From a virus: 64,000 nt of DNA. The stretch spans positions 1 through 64,000 of IMG/VR virus record IMGVR_UViG_3300037296_000220. The stretch is one strand, 5' to 3'. The notes under the pieces were generated by a model that was not told where the DNA came from, made no database searches, and was given only the letters and a program-made list of their open reading frames with translations. Shown here piece after piece: positions 1 through 9,965 of this stretch. Position 1 is the stretch's first letter; each line of letters begins with the position of its first letter. The position numbers and the translations under genes are program-made.

Positions 1-139
1 AGGAGCCGCCAACGCCAGCCCACTCTTCCAACTCAGCGTTGGGCAGGTTCTTTTTGGGGGCGTTGACCAGCCACCACTCCAGGTCGACAACCTGCAGCGA
101 GGCATTGAACGGTTTGAAGTCGATCCATTTGGCCTTCAT
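1..139 (-). CDS. Hypothetical protein, 5' part only (runs off the window edge)
   Basis: ATG at 139 overlaps the stop of the upstream ParB-like gene (ATGA); reads MKAKWIDFKPFNASLQVVDLEWW... Confidence 0.55.
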   Translation of the reverse strand, partial: MKAKWIDFKPFNASLQVVDLEWWLVNAPKKNLPNAELEEWAGVGGS

Positions 140-879
140 GACGTCACCTGACCTGGGGCAAAGTTGTCGTAGCGCTTGGCCATTTCCAGGAAGTCATTCT
201 TCAGGAAGGTAACCAGGGCTTCACGACCCTCCAGACCGGTGTATCCCTCAGCCATGGTGATCAGGGAGCGGAAAGCGCGCTCGTCGGCCGCAGAGACATC
301 GGCAAAGCCAAAGATGCGAGTCAACTTGACCCGGGTGGCTGACTCATTGCTGATACGCTGCTCAGTCTCGGCGCCCATGCGGTCCACTTCAGAGCCGATG
401 TCATCCACCAGAGCGTCCATGTCCATGTCATCGAGGTCGCCCATGGCCATATTCAGCTCCTTCTCGGAGAAGAACATGGTCATTTCCAGGTCAAAGCCTT
501 CGGTGGTCATCAGGCCGGCCAGCTCTTCAGCGATGGCGTCGGTGTCGTAGCTGGAATCCGCGGTCTTGTTGTCGATCAGGCGGTAGGCCTTGACCTGCTC
601 CAGAGTCAGATCGTTGCGCACCACGACGGGCACTTTCTTCAAACCAACGTCTAGGGCAGCCAGGCGCCGGCCGTGGCCATTGATGATGGTCCCGGTGTGT
701 GGACAGACTTCGATCGCCTCCCCTTTGCGCCAGCCAAACTCACGGATGGCGTTGGCTAGAATCCGAACCTGTTCAGGTGGATGGCGTTTGGCGTTCTTGT
801 CGTAAGGCACCAGGTCGGCCACGTTCCACAATTCAACCTTCAGGTCATCACGGGCTGTGTTTTCAGTCGTCATCGTCAT
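136..879 (-). CDS. ParB/Srx N-terminal domain protein
   Basis: LVPYDKNAKRH, IINGHGRRLAA and AYRLIDNK motifs; acidic C-terminus. Confidence 0.85.
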   Translation of the reverse strand: MTMTTENTARDDLKVELWNVADLVPYDKNAKRHPPEQVRILANAIREFGWRKGEAIEVCPHTGTIINGHGRRLAALDVGLKKVPVVVRNDLTLEQVKAYRLIDNKTADSSYDTDAIAEELAGLMTTEGFDLEMTMFFSEKELNMAMGDLDDMDMDALVDDIGSEVDRMGAETEQRISNESATRVKLTRIFGFADVSAADERAFRSLITMAEGYTGLEGREALVTFLKNDFLEMAKRYDNFAPGQVTS

Positions 880-1009
880 GCCGTCCTTCTTGTGGAAACA
901 TCAGGTCGCGCTCGGGGTCAAGCTCATGAATTTCGGCCTGATCCAGCTCAAATTCATCCAGGGCATCGTTGAATAGCGTGCGGGCGAGGTCGTCAGCAGC
1001 CTTATTCAT
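863..1009 (-). CDS. Small acidic hypothetical protein
   Basis: Overlaps both ParB-like neighbours; MNKAADDLARTLF... Confidence 0.45.
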   Translation of the reverse strand: MNKAADDLARTLFNDALDEFELDQAEIHELDPERDLMFPQEGRHDDDD

Positions 1010-1685
1010 CTGCGACAGCCTTGTAGTGACGCAGCAGGTGTACCAGGGCATCACCGGCGTTGGTCAGGTCGTCAGACTGGGTGTAGCCCTGCTCTGCCTG
1101 AGTTTTCTTAACCAGGTCAGTTAGCCACTCAGCGTCGATGACGTTGACTTTGAAGCGCAGGACTTGGGAGGTTTTGGCAATGGGGGCCGGGCTCAGGTTC
1201 AGCGGGGTATCGTCGCCGTCGTCTTCGTCCATGTTGTCTAGTGCGGCCAGATCGGCATCGAGCGTGTCGTGACTGAAGTAATTTTCCACTTCGGATTCAT
1301 CGAACGGCATGATCGACATGATTTCGTCCATCGTGCCCATGCCACCGTTTTCAAACAGGGCCACCATCTTGTCGAAGTTGTTCTCACCGTACTGGCCGTT
1401 GTCCAGCAGGGTCATGCGTTTGGCTTTGGCGTCATCTACCTGGCCTAAATTCAAAACCGGGACAGTTTCTTCACCCAGTTCAATCGCGGCATCCCGGCGG
1501 TGCTCGCCACCCAGAATCTCCAAAGTCCCGTCGGCCAGTTCACGCACCAGGATCGGCTTGAAAAATCCTTCCTTGCGCAGGCTGTTGACGATCTTCTCCT
1601 GGTTGATCGGGTCGACCTCGTTTGGGTTCCAAGGGTTTGCTTGCAGCGACTCGGGCGTCAGGTAGGTAATTGAGAGCTTATTCAT
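1002..1685 (-). CDS. ParB/Srx N-terminal domain protein
   Basis: NPWNPN, GFFKPILVR and ILGGEHRRDAA motifs. Confidence 0.85.
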   Translation of the reverse strand: MNKLSITYLTPESLQANPWNPNEVDPINQEKIVNSLRKEGFFKPILVRELADGTLEILGGEHRRDAAIELGEETVPVLNLGQVDDAKAKRMTLLDNGQYGENNFDKMVALFENGGMGTMDEIMSIMPFDESEVENYFSHDTLDADLAALDNMDEDDGDDTPLNLSPAPIAKTSQVLRFKVNVIDAEWLTDLVKKTQAEQGYTQSDDLTNAGDALVHLLRHYKAVADE

Positions 1686-1783
1686 TGGTAATCTATCTCA
1701 CTTAGTTGTTTGTTTGTTACAATAGTGAGAGTATTTAACATAGTGCTTGGCTATTGTCCACAACATTCTATTAGGGAGGGCCT

Positions 1784-3484
1784 ATGAAGCGCCCAATTTT
1801 GACGATCATTCACAACCCGGTCGTCGCACAACTGATTAACCCTGACCGAGACGCTCGACTCATGGTCAGTGAGATTTTGTCCTACAAGGTGGGCGACTTT
1901 GCCACCAGCAGCGGTTTCGACGGCGTGACCAGCATGTACTCGATGCGAAAGAATCAGTTTCCAGCCGGGTTCGTTCGCATGGTCAAGCTGCGCATGGAAA
2001 AGGCGGGCTACAAGGTCATGTTGCGCAGCAAGCCCCGGCCAGAAGCTCTGGGGCCTGAACGCCCGGTGGTCGACAGTTTTGCGATTGATGAGAAGTACGA
2101 GTATCAGTACGAGACCGTCAAGCGACTGGTGACAATGGGCGGGATGATTGCCCAGGTGGCGACCGGTGGTGGGAAAAGCAGAATTTTCAAAATCGCTGCC
2201 GAACGCATCAACCGCCCCACCCTGTTCGTGACGACCCGCAAAACGTTGATGTACCAGATGGCCGCCTCATACGCTGAGACCATCAATAAGCCTTATGGCT
2301 TCATCGGTGACGGCAAATGGGCGCCGTACAACAAGGGTGTCACCTTTGCGATCGTCGACACCCTGGTCTCAGCGCTGCAGGTGGTCAGTCTCGATCAGGA
2401 AATGGAAAACGCGATTCTGCGCCACAACAAGCAGGTCGACACCAAAGTGAAGGCAGCTCTGAAAGCGGCCAAGTTGCCGGCGGACTATTCCAACCTGGAT
2501 TTCGTCGAGGGTGACGCCGCGAAAGTGACCAAGGCCAAGTGCATCAAGCTGGCTGCCCGGGTGCGCGATGCAAATCAGTTTGACGCTGAGTCAGCGGCGG
2601 CGAAGCTGAAAAAGAAAGTGGTCAAACAGGAGAAGCGTCGCAACGAGGCAATGGAATATCTGTCCAGCGTTGAGTTTGTGACCTTTGAAGAGGCGCACGA
2701 AGTCTCGGGCGAGGGCTTCTTTGACCTGGCAATGGCACTGAAGAACGCGCACTTCCGCCTGGCCCTGACCGCTACCCCGTTCATGAAGGATGACGAACAG
2801 GCCAATATGCGGTTGATGGCAGCGACCGGGCCGATCGGTATTCGCATCACTGAGAAGGATCTGATCGACAAAGGCATTTTGGCCAAGCCATATTTCATGT
2901 TCATCCCATCTTCCACAACCAGGGGTGTCCACCGGGCTACGTCCTTCTCTGTGGCGTATGAGCGCAACATCGTCAATCACACCGAGCGCAATCGCAAAGC
3001 TGTCAAAATGTGCACCGTCGGCAAGCAGTACGGTTTGACGACAGTATTACTTGTGCAGCGAACAGAGCACGGTCGCAAGCTAGAAGCGATGTGTAAGCTC
3101 GCTGGGCTGCGCGCACGGTTTATCTCAGGGGAAGATGAGCAGAGCTTTAGAAAAGCTGCGACAGACGCTCTGGGCTCGGGTGAAGCTGATGTAGTGATCG
3201 GGACCAGCATTCTCGATGTCGGGGTCGACATGCCTGCAGTGGGTCAGGTGGGCCTGGTTGGCGGGGGCAAAGCTGAGGTGGCCATACGCCAGCGCATTGG
3301 TCGGGGCCTGCGAGCCAAGAAGAAAGGGCCTAACGTCTGTTTCGTGTTCACCTTTGAGGACCAGGGCAACAACAACCTGGTGAAGCATTCGCGTGAAGTT
3401 CGTCGGATAATCAGAGAGACCCCCGGGTTCGTCGAGGGTATCGTTACCCAGTTTGACTATTCGATGTTCAAGAGGGTCGCGTAG
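1784..3484 (+). CDS. SF2 (DEAD/DEAH-like) helicase
   Basis: ATGGGKS Walker A, EEAH (variant DExH), LTATP, GVDMP, QRIGRGLR. Confidence 0.9.
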   Translation: MKRPILTIIHNPVVAQLINPDRDARLMVSEILSYKVGDFATSSGFDGVTSMYSMRKNQFPAGFVRMVKLRMEKAGYKVMLRSKPRPEALGPERPVVDSFAIDEKYEYQYETVKRLVTMGGMIAQVATGGGKSRIFKIAAERINRPTLFVTTRKTLMYQMAASYAETINKPYGFIGDGKWAPYNKGVTFAIVDTLVSALQVVSLDQEMENAILRHNKQVDTKVKAALKAAKLPADYSNLDFVEGDAAKVTKAKCIKLAARVRDANQFDAESAAAKLKKKVVKQEKRRNEAMEYLSSVEFVTFEEAHEVSGEGFFDLAMALKNAHFRLALTATPFMKDDEQANMRLMAATGPIGIRITEKDLIDKGILAKPYFMFIPSSTTRGVHRATSFSVAYERNIVNHTERNRKAVKMCTVGKQYGLTTVLLVQRTEHGRKLEAMCKLAGLRARFISGEDEQSFRKAATDALGSGEADVVIGTSILDVGVDMPAVGQVGLVGGGKAEVAIRQRIGRGLRAKKKGPNVCFVFTFEDQGNNNLVKHSREVRRIIRETPGFVEGIVTQFDYSMFKRVA

Positions 3485-3492
3485 ACCCTCGC

Positions 3493-3521
3493 TTGCAGCT
3501 CTATGTAACACAGATTAAACT
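3493..3521 (+). promoter_or_regulatory. sigma70 promoter with CTATGTAACACAG operator in the spacer
   Basis: TTGCAG-17-TAAACT; operator at 3501-3513. Confidence 0.6.
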
Positions 3522-3554
3522 GACTAAATCATACAAACACACAAGGAAAGAAAC

Positions 3555-3803
3555 ATGGCCACCAGCGAAGCGCAACTCGCCTCCATCGATCGATACACCG
3601 CAAAGTACAAAGCGGCGGGCGTTCGTCGCCTGTCAATCGGCATGACTCAGGAACTCAGAGACAAACTGGATCCGATTTGTGAAGCCAAAGGTATCGTGCA
3701 CGATCGGGGCGCTCAGGTCGGAGAGCCCAACTACGTCAAGGCTCTGATTTTACTGGCTGAAGTGGCAATGGAAGCGGGCCTTGAGGGGCGCATCAAGAAC
3801 TGA
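3555..3803 (+). CDS. Small DNA-binding protein, ribbon-helix-helix-like repressor candidate
   Basis: RRLSIGMTQELRDKLDPIC strand-helix pattern; AAGGA RBS; operator in its own promoter. Confidence 0.55.
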   Translation: MATSEAQLASIDRYTAKYKAAGVRRLSIGMTQELRDKLDPICEAKGIVHDRGAQVGEPNYVKALILLAEVAMEAGLEGRIKN

Positions 3804-4389
3804 CTTTGGCTTCATACGCCACCTCGTCTTCTTTGCGCAGTGGCAGAACGTATCGGTAATAGCTTGACCGACTGATTTTGAACAAGCTCAGAACGTCCTC
3901 CACGGCTGTCTCAGGGTGTGCGTAGATGAAGTCCAGTATTGACCGGGCTTCATCCTTACTCATTGCCCTGGGGCGCCCTCCTACCCTTCCACGCGCCCTT
4001 GCCGCCTTCAGCCCTTCCTTTGTGCGCTCGCTGATCATGTCCGTCTCGAACTCAGAGAGGGCAGCTATCAGGTGAAAGAACAGTTTGCCCGCCGGCGACG
4101 AGGTATCAATGTCCTCTCGAATGCTGATTATATCAATTCCGCGAGTTTGATAGTTTTCGGCAATGGCAATCAGGTTGTGCATCGAGCGACCCAGGCGATC
4201 CAGCTTGAGCACAACCACCTGATCACCCCGGCGCAGATGATCGTTCATGGCCATAAACTGAGGGCGGTCGTTGTTGGTGCCAGTCAGTTTGTCGGTGAAG
4301 ACTTTCTCAGCACCGGCTTTGGCCAGGGCATCGAGCTGCATATCCAGGTTCTGTGACACGGTGGAGACCCGGGCATACCCAAATTTCAT
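3793..4389 (-). CDS. Serine resolvase/invertase
   Basis: GYARVST, KLDRLGRS, GRVGGRP and C-terminal HTH. Confidence 0.95.
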   Translation of the reverse strand: MKFGYARVSTVSQNLDMQLDALAKAGAEKVFTDKLTGTNNDRPQFMAMNDHLRRGDQVVVLKLDRLGRSMHNLIAIAENYQTRGIDIISIREDIDTSSPAGKLFFHLIAALSEFETDMISERTKEGLKAARARGRVGGRPRAMSKDEARSILDFIYAHPETAVEDVLSLFKISRSSYYRYVLPLRKEDEVAYEAKVSS

Positions 4390-4703
4390 TGATTAGCTCC
4401 GAACAAGGCTTTCAACAGGTCGTTCGAGAAGTCCCTCATTTGCTCCTGCAGGGCACCCTGGGCGCTGAACCACCCTTCATTATTGACCAGGGGCAAATCA
4501 ATAGCCTCCCCATCCCACCCTTCGTCAGCTATCTCATAGGGCTGACGGCCGCTCATACGCTGCTCAAACAGGTCGCGTACCCGATCCATATCGAGGAACA
4601 TCATGAAGAATCGCCGCTGCCCGTAGGTGACGATGGTAACGATGTGACCCGGCTTCTCTTGTAGGTCGGCCTCTATGTCCACCCAGCTCAATGTAGTTTG
4701 CAT
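4386..4703 (-). CDS. Hypothetical protein
   Basis: AGGAG RBS; coupled to the resolvase start. Confidence 0.6.
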   Translation of the reverse strand: MQTTLSWVDIEADLQEKPGHIVTIVTYGQRRFFMMFLDMDRVRDLFEQRMSGRQPYEIADEGWDGEAIDLPLVNNEGWFSAQGALQEQMRDFSNDLLKALFGANQ

Positions 4704-4717
4704 GCCTGTCTCCTGCT

Positions 4718-4853
4718 CGTCTCAAAAACGGTTTTTGATTATGAAACTGGATGGTAGCACTGAAACACGTTTTTGACACCGTAGCCATGCGGCCTGAGGC
4801 TCACCTTGAGAGACCGTCTTTTGACTGTCCCAGAAACGATCGTTTGTGACACG
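4718..4853. other. Probable res site
   Basis: Several imperfect inverted repeats of Tn3/Hin type (CGTCTCAAAAACGGTTTTTGA, CTGAAACACGTTTTTGACAC, GTCCCAGAAACGATCGTTTGTGACACG) upstream of the resolvase operon. Confidence 0.6.
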
Positions 4854-4942
4854 ACTGCCTATAGCCGTATTTGACAAAAGTCAGTCGATGTATTACATTT
4901 GTATTACTTCATTCACAGCGAACGCCAAGAGGGCACTACATA

Positions 4943-5206
4943 ATGATGAAGTTGCAAACCAAGCTGCGAAAGTCAGGCAATGCTCAGGTGATTCCTGTGC
5001 CGGCTGCCGCATTAACCGAATTGGGCGTGGAATTGGGTACGGAGTTCACGATGGTTGTCAGCAATGGAAAAATTGAACTTGAGAAGGTCAAACGTCGTTT
5101 GACTGAAGAGGAATTTTTTAAACGGTTGGCAACGGCGGACTTGAGCATTCCAGAGGACACTCGCATCTTTGAGGAAGCGCCCCCTGTTGGAAGAGAGGTA
5201 ATTTAA
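4943..5206 (+). CDS. mazE: AbrB/MazE-family antitoxin
   Basis: KLRKSGNAQVIPVP AbrB signature, directly upstream of a MazF-like toxin. Confidence 0.85.
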   Translation: MMKLQTKLRKSGNAQVIPVPAAALTELGVELGTEFTMVVSNGKIELEKVKRRLTEEEFFKRLATADLSIPEDTRIFEEAPPVGREVI

Positions 5207-5207
5207 T

Positions 5208-5546
5208 TTGAGTCAATCGTACACACCGAAAAGAGGAGACATTGTTTGGATCAACTTTGACCCGAGTACCGGGATCGAAATCAGGAAGCGGAGACCAGCC
5301 CTAGTGGTTTCCGTGACTGCACTGCACCAATATGGATACGCTTTCGTGATTCCAATAACGTCGACCAGTAAAGACCCGGCTTTGTACCCACCCCTGGTGG
5401 GGTTGCGGACGGAAGGACAATTGATTCCGTTCCAATTGGATTCAGTGGATTGGGAAGCCAGGCAGATTGAGTACATTGAGAGCGCACCGGAGAGCCTGGT
5501 CGATGACTGCATCCATATTCTCAAGATGCTGATGAAGATACCGTAA
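5208..5546 (+). CDS. mazF: MazF/PemK endoribonuclease toxin
   Basis: PKRGDIVWINFDP, EIRKRRPALVVS and PITS motifs. Confidence 0.92.
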   Translation: MSQSYTPKRGDIVWINFDPSTGIEIRKRRPALVVSVTALHQYGYAFVIPITSTSKDPALYPPLVGLRTEGQLIPFQLDSVDWEARQIEYIESAPESLVDDCIHILKMLMKIP

Positions 5547-5550
5547 GTGA

Positions 5551-5922
5551 CTGGTGTACTTTGAGAACGCTTTAGCCCGCTAACTGCGGGCTTTTTATTG
5601 GGTGTACTTTGAGAACGCTCTTTAAAAGGTTCGTTTTGTCGAAGTTTTGACCCTTTGCTGGTTGTTTTTTGATCAAAATGAATGGTTTACCTAGAAGAAG
5701 TTAGAACATAGGTTATATACCTATGTTAAAAGAGTTAGAAAGTTAAAGAGTTAAGGGCTGAAAACCCTATATAAAACAAAGACTTACAATTGAAAGCGTT
5801 CTCAAAGTACACCAGTTCCGTTCCCGAAGTACCCCAAAAGCGTTCCCGAAGTACACCAGTTCCGTTCTTCAGGTACACCACCGGCGTTCTTGAAGTACAC
5901 CTCAGCGTTCTCAAAGTACACC
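5551..5922. repeat. Iteron-type replication origin
   Basis: Six direct repeats CGTTCYYVARGTACMCC starting at 5797, 5819, 5841, 5863, 5885 and 5906 (21-22 bp period); two inverted copies at 5551-5573 and 5601-5619; AT-rich tract between them; DnaA-box-like TTGTCCACA at 5968. Confidence 0.88.
5574..5597 (+). terminator. Intrinsic terminator of mazEF
   Basis: AGCCCGC-TAACT-GCGGGCT followed by a T run. Confidence 0.8.
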
Positions 5923-5930
5923 TCGTTCAA

Positions 5931-6836
5931 TCACTCTACAGGCTCTATACCGGGGTTCTCCCCAGGGTTGTCCACAGATTCTGTGGATTGTTTGGGGTAA
6001 AACGTGACGATCTCACGGTCTGAGATGGCGAAATTGTAGTCCAAAATGCCGTTCCCCTGTATCTGACGCAGTTCGAACCGGAACTTGCGTAAGCTGGCGG
6101 AGCCCACCTTGTCGAACAGTTTGGCCATGCCGATCGACCACTCCTTCTGGCGCCCACAATACTTTCGGGCAATCTCATACAGGCGGCGCTCGGTGCCCCG
6201 GGACAGGCGGAAATACTCCCGGTTGTAGGTGAGCACGTTCAGCTCGTTGATTGACTCCATGAACATGGTGTTGATCTTGATGTCCACGTACTCGATGGTG
6301 CTGGCCTCGGTCTCTTCCAGGTCAAACTCAAAGGAGCCGGTATCAATGATCGAGAAGATGGACAGTTTGCCCTTGCCGCGCTGGCCAGGGAGTTTCTTCT
6401 TCTGCATTTCGATCTGGGTACCCTGCAGGCGCAGCAGCGCTTTGCGGAACAGCTCATACTGCTTGCCGCCCTTCTTGCGGTTAGTGGCCTTCAGGAAGTG
6501 GTAGGTGTACACCCGCACCTTCTCGGTGGCCACAATGGAGCGCTCGTTGTGGGGAAGGTCTTTCTCGCCGGCGGACTTCACGCGCTGGTTGTAGTCTTCA
6601 ACGATCTGACTGATGGCGTAAAGCACCAGGTCTTTGTCGAAGATGGTGGCCCGGCCATACTTGCTCGGCACGATCTTCACGGAGATGTGATCGTTCTCCC
6701 ACTCGATGGTTCGGCTATCACTCTGCTTTGACAGGGCAAACATGGGAAATTCCATGCTGTCGCGCTCACCCTTGGTAGCAATGTCCCGGGTGGGCGGCTC
6801 GATCAACGGTAGTGTGAGCTGATTATCAGTCGCCAT
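5931..6836 (-). CDS. repA: Plasmid replication initiator (RepA/RPA family)
   Basis: MEFPMFALSK, GRATIFDKDLVLY and ERRLYEIARKYCG motifs; adjacent iterons. Confidence 0.9.
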   Translation of the reverse strand: MATDNQLTLPLIEPPTRDIATKGERDSMEFPMFALSKQSDSRTIEWENDHISVKIVPSKYGRATIFDKDLVLYAISQIVEDYNQRVKSAGEKDLPHNERSIVATEKVRVYTYHFLKATNRKKGGKQYELFRKALLRLQGTQIEMQKKKLPGQRGKGKLSIFSIIDTGSFEFDLEETEASTIEYVDIKINTMFMESINELNVLTYNREYFRLSRGTERRLYEIARKYCGRQKEWSIGMAKLFDKVGSASLRKFRFELRQIQGNGILDYNFAISDREIVTFYPKQSTESVDNPGENPGIEPVE

Positions 6837-6911
6837 GAAATTTCCTCTTGTTTCAAACAAACAACTATGTATGATAGTGTCTATCAAACGCACACAGACA
6901 GGTTACGCAAC

Positions 6912-7175
6912 ATGAGCCAAAAATACACCATTTACGGGATGCCAGGCTGCTCAGCCTGCACCGCAGCAAAGGCTGCTGTCGAACAGAAAAACGCCCCACA
7001 CGAATACATTGACGTAGTTGCCGCCAACTACACCGCTATCGCGCTCCAGGCTGAACTGGGCGGCATCAACACCCGCACTCTCCCTCAAATTGTTGTCACC
7101 GACGATGAAGGCGTTATGACTTATGTCGGCGGCCTCCCTGATCTGCGCGAGCATTTGAAAACTGTTTCCTTGTAA
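6912..7175 (+). CDS. Glutaredoxin
   Basis: CSAC active site and RTLPQI...YVGG. Confidence 0.88.
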   Translation: MSQKYTIYGMPGCSACTAAKAAVEQKNAPHEYIDVVAANYTAIALQAELGGINTRTLPQIVVTDDEGVMTYVGGLPDLREHLKTVSL

Positions 7176-7207
7176 GTAACCCCTCTGGCCTGTCTGAAAA
7201 GACATTT

Positions 7208-7232
7208 GGGCGGCTTCGGCCGCCCTTTTTTT
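7208..7232 (+). terminator. Intrinsic terminator
   Basis: GGGCGGC-TTCG-GCCGCCC-T7. Confidence 0.85.
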
Positions 7233-7244
7233 GGAGAATTGAAA

Positions 7245-7868
7245 ATGTGGCAAAGACTGTTGTTTGTCCTGCGCTTTTGGATGTTAAACCCGATGCAATC
7301 CCCGCTACCCATCCTGATTCTGATCGCTCTGCTGGTTATCTTGCCCCGCGGCTCCTGGGCTGATGAACGCTGTGAAGAGTTTGCTGCTCTGGAAGATGGC
7401 CAGTTCGCGGTCATGCAGCACGGCTACCAAGTCGGCCGCGAGCATAACCTGGGCTACACCATGGCGGCTCTGGCCCTGCAAGAGAGTGAGTCGGGCAAAT
7501 ACTTGGTCAACCTCAACGACCCCTCCTTCGGCCCCTGGCAAGTCACGGTGGGTAACATTGTGCACTTCCGCGGCGAAGGCCGTGAAGTCAGCGACTGGTC
7601 CCGGGATCGGATGATTGAACGCATGATGACCGACATTCGCTGGTCGGCTGAAACCGCGCTCCAGGTGCTCCTGTACTGGGACGACTATCACAACCGCACC
7701 GGCACCTATGAGTCACTGTCGGAATACTGGGTCAATCTGTGGGGCTCGTACAACGCAGGCATTTACTACTCAGGCACCACCGGCCGGGCCTACGCCGATG
7801 AAGTGCAGCGATTGGTTCGGAACTTGAGTTTGTGCAACGTGTTTGGCTACCTGGAGAGTGGAGTATGA
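7245..7868 (+). CDS. Lytic transglycosylase (SLT/lysozyme-like) with N-terminal hydrophobic segment
   Basis: ALALQES catalytic Glu motif, GPWQV and SYNAG motifs. Confidence 0.75.
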   Translation: MWQRLLFVLRFWMLNPMQSPLPILILIALLVILPRGSWADERCEEFAALEDGQFAVMQHGYQVGREHNLGYTMAALALQESESGKYLVNLNDPSFGPWQVTVGNIVHFRGEGREVSDWSRDRMIERMMTDIRWSAETALQVLLYWDDYHNRTGTYESLSEYWVNLWGSYNAGIYYSGTTGRAYADEVQRLVRNLSLCNVFGYLESGV

Positions 7869-8359
7869 GAATTTCAATGATTTGGGCACAGTCGTCCAAC
7901 GGTATCATCGGTGCCGGCGGCAAGTTGCCCTGGCACATTCCAGGCGATCTGGAGTTCTTCAAGGCGGCAACGCTGAACAAAGTCATCATCATGGGCCGCA
8001 AAACCCATCAAAGCATTGGCCGGGCTCTACCGGGCCGGTTCAACATCGTCGTAACGGGTGATGTGGCCTACGACGCCCCGGGTTGCCTCGTAGTTCACAC
8101 TGTCGATGACGCTCTGGCTGTTGCTCGGCGCCAGGCTACGTCGGAAGCGGTGTTCATCGGGGGCGAGAAGATATACGAAGCAGGTCTCAAACACGCTCAG
8201 AATCTCTACGTCACCCACATTCACCGCGAATACCAGGGCGACACATCGATTCCCGATCTGGATTGGGACGATTGGTGTGAAACCTGGTGCATCGAGGCCC
8301 CAGTAGGGCCAAATAGCATCCCGCACAGCTACCACTCTTACACAAGGAAGGTTCGATAA
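7865..8359 (+). CDS. folA: Dihydrofolate reductase
   Basis: LPWHIPGDL, IIMGRKT, LPGR, FIGG and GDT motifs. Confidence 0.95.
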   Translation: MRISMIWAQSSNGIIGAGGKLPWHIPGDLEFFKAATLNKVIIMGRKTHQSIGRALPGRFNIVVTGDVAYDAPGCLVVHTVDDALAVARRQATSEAVFIGGEKIYEAGLKHAQNLYVTHIHREYQGDTSIPDLDWDDWCETWCIEAPVGPNSIPHSYHSYTRKVR

Positions 8360-8390
8360 TGCAGGTGACATTCCCCAATTCCCAGACTGG

Positions 8391-8663
8391 ATGATCACAA
8401 CCGATCAGTTCAACTTCATCCTGGAACGTCGGATGGTCTACGGCCCAAACAGCAAGAACGCCGGCGATACCTATTGGAAGGCTGAATCGTTTCACCCCTC
8501 CCTGTGTGCCGCCATGCAGAAAATTGTGACCATTGGGACGCTTGCCGCGAGTGATGTGATCAGCGTTGAACAAGTCATCGAGTTCATGCAGCGGCAAGAG
8601 TCTCGTATCGCTGCTGTAGAGCGAAACACAGACGATCAGTGTGAAGCAGTTACTTCAATCTAA
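8391..8663 (+). CDS. Hypothetical phage protein (5' end possibly frameshifted)
   Basis: Co-directional ORF after DHFR; the coupled ATG at 8359 is out of frame. Confidence 0.55.
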   Translation: MITTDQFNFILERRMVYGPNSKNAGDTYWKAESFHPSLCAAMQKIVTIGTLAASDVISVEQVIEFMQRQESRIAAVERNTDDQCEAVTSI

Positions 8664-8839
8664 CGTCGCTTAGAGACGCGCTGTGCGCGTCTTTCCTCTT
8701 GTGTCAATTCATACACCATTCGCAAATGCAAACGGCGTCAAAAATCAAGACGCTAAAGTGTGAACTGCGTCACACACTAAAAGTCTACCAGGCCTCAAAA
8801 TCGATTGTTTGCACCGGGCAAATTTATTCAGAGGTTAAA

Positions 8840-9739
8840 ATGGCCAGAAAGCGTGCCGTCATCGATTTGAGCCCCTACCCAGGTTTATACGTCTCCGAAC
8901 CTTACCGGCGCATATCCGTTCACACCAGCGAAGACCTGATTCGGGGCATCGCTCGCCGGGTTCGTGGCCTGGTAAGAGTCGCCGACCTTAACGTCGAACA
9001 GATCGCCAAAGAGGTGAATGTCTCGATCGAGAAGATACGGGGTGTGCTCAATGTTCGCGAACCGGAGCCTTTCTGCACATCCTTTATGGTAAAGCTGCAC
9101 GAAATGATTTCCAATCGGGACACCTACTCACTACTGGACACCTGGGTTGGCCATGCTCATTCGCTGGACCTGGTCAGCCTCATGTTGACCAATACGCGCA
9201 AAGAGGACCTGCACAGGCTGCTGAACTTCATTACGGTTATCGGAGACAGCAGCGAGCTGCTGCACCCAGAGGATTTGATTTTCACGCCCCAGGTCGACTG
9301 GCGGGATTATCTGGATTCGGGCCGTGATGTCGAGGTGGCCGGCCAGGTGGTGGCCGCCAGAATTAAGGCGGTTCGGCAGACTATGGGTGTATCGAGAGCC
9401 CGGCTGGCCGACATGATTCACGTCTCCAAATCGACCATCCAGAAAATTGAGGAATACGAGCGTCGATGCCCCTTCTATCTGCTGACGATCATCGCACATG
9501 CCCTGGGCATTCCGAGACAGGCCTTCTGGAGCGCGGAGCCGTTTAATTCGCACCTGGTTTATTGCCTGAAAATGTACCAGCAGACCGACGACGTTGGTCG
9601 CAGCTCGATACGGTTAGCCGTTCAAATGGTGACGGCCGCCGCCAGAGGGCGGGAATTTCGGGTTACGGTCGAGGTAAAGGATCGGCGTAGCGGGGATTAT
9701 GAGGTGATGCGAATAGAGGACTATCAGGGGGTTGTGTGA
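8840..9739 (+). CDS. XRE-family HTH transcriptional regulator
   Basis: RIKAVRQTMGVSRARLADMIHVSKSTIQKIE HTH plus a second N-terminal HTH-like segment; GAGG RBS. Confidence 0.8.
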   Translation: MARKRAVIDLSPYPGLYVSEPYRRISVHTSEDLIRGIARRVRGLVRVADLNVEQIAKEVNVSIEKIRGVLNVREPEPFCTSFMVKLHEMISNRDTYSLLDTWVGHAHSLDLVSLMLTNTRKEDLHRLLNFITVIGDSSELLHPEDLIFTPQVDWRDYLDSGRDVEVAGQVVAARIKAVRQTMGVSRARLADMIHVSKSTIQKIEEYERRCPFYLLTIIAHALGIPRQAFWSAEPFNSHLVYCLKMYQQTDDVGRSSIRLAVQMVTAAARGREFRVTVEVKDRRSGDYEVMRIEDYQGVV

Positions 9740-9965
9740 TGTACACTGCTCGCGCTTAAACCTTCCTTCAGTTACCCGGTTCTCAGGTTTTGACCACTTG
9801 ATCACCCGCCGTGTTTGACAGGGCAGCAGGGTAGCGGCAGCGCGAGCATGTTTGCACCCGTCAGAGACGGTGTACCGGTGCGTTTGAGGAGAGAGAACCG
9901 CCCGTTTCAACAAGGTTCGATTATACCAAACTTAGTTGTTGGTGTGTATTGATAAATTTAAGCTA

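Noticed and set aside
5793-5922. Regular repeats resembling a CRISPR array
   Set aside because: The 21-22 bp period leaves no room for spacers, the repeats adjoin repA, and no cas genes are present; these are iterons
7865-8359. Acquired trimethoprim-resistance dfrA cassette
   Set aside because: No integron, attC or IS context; it fits the element's own dNTP-synthesis set
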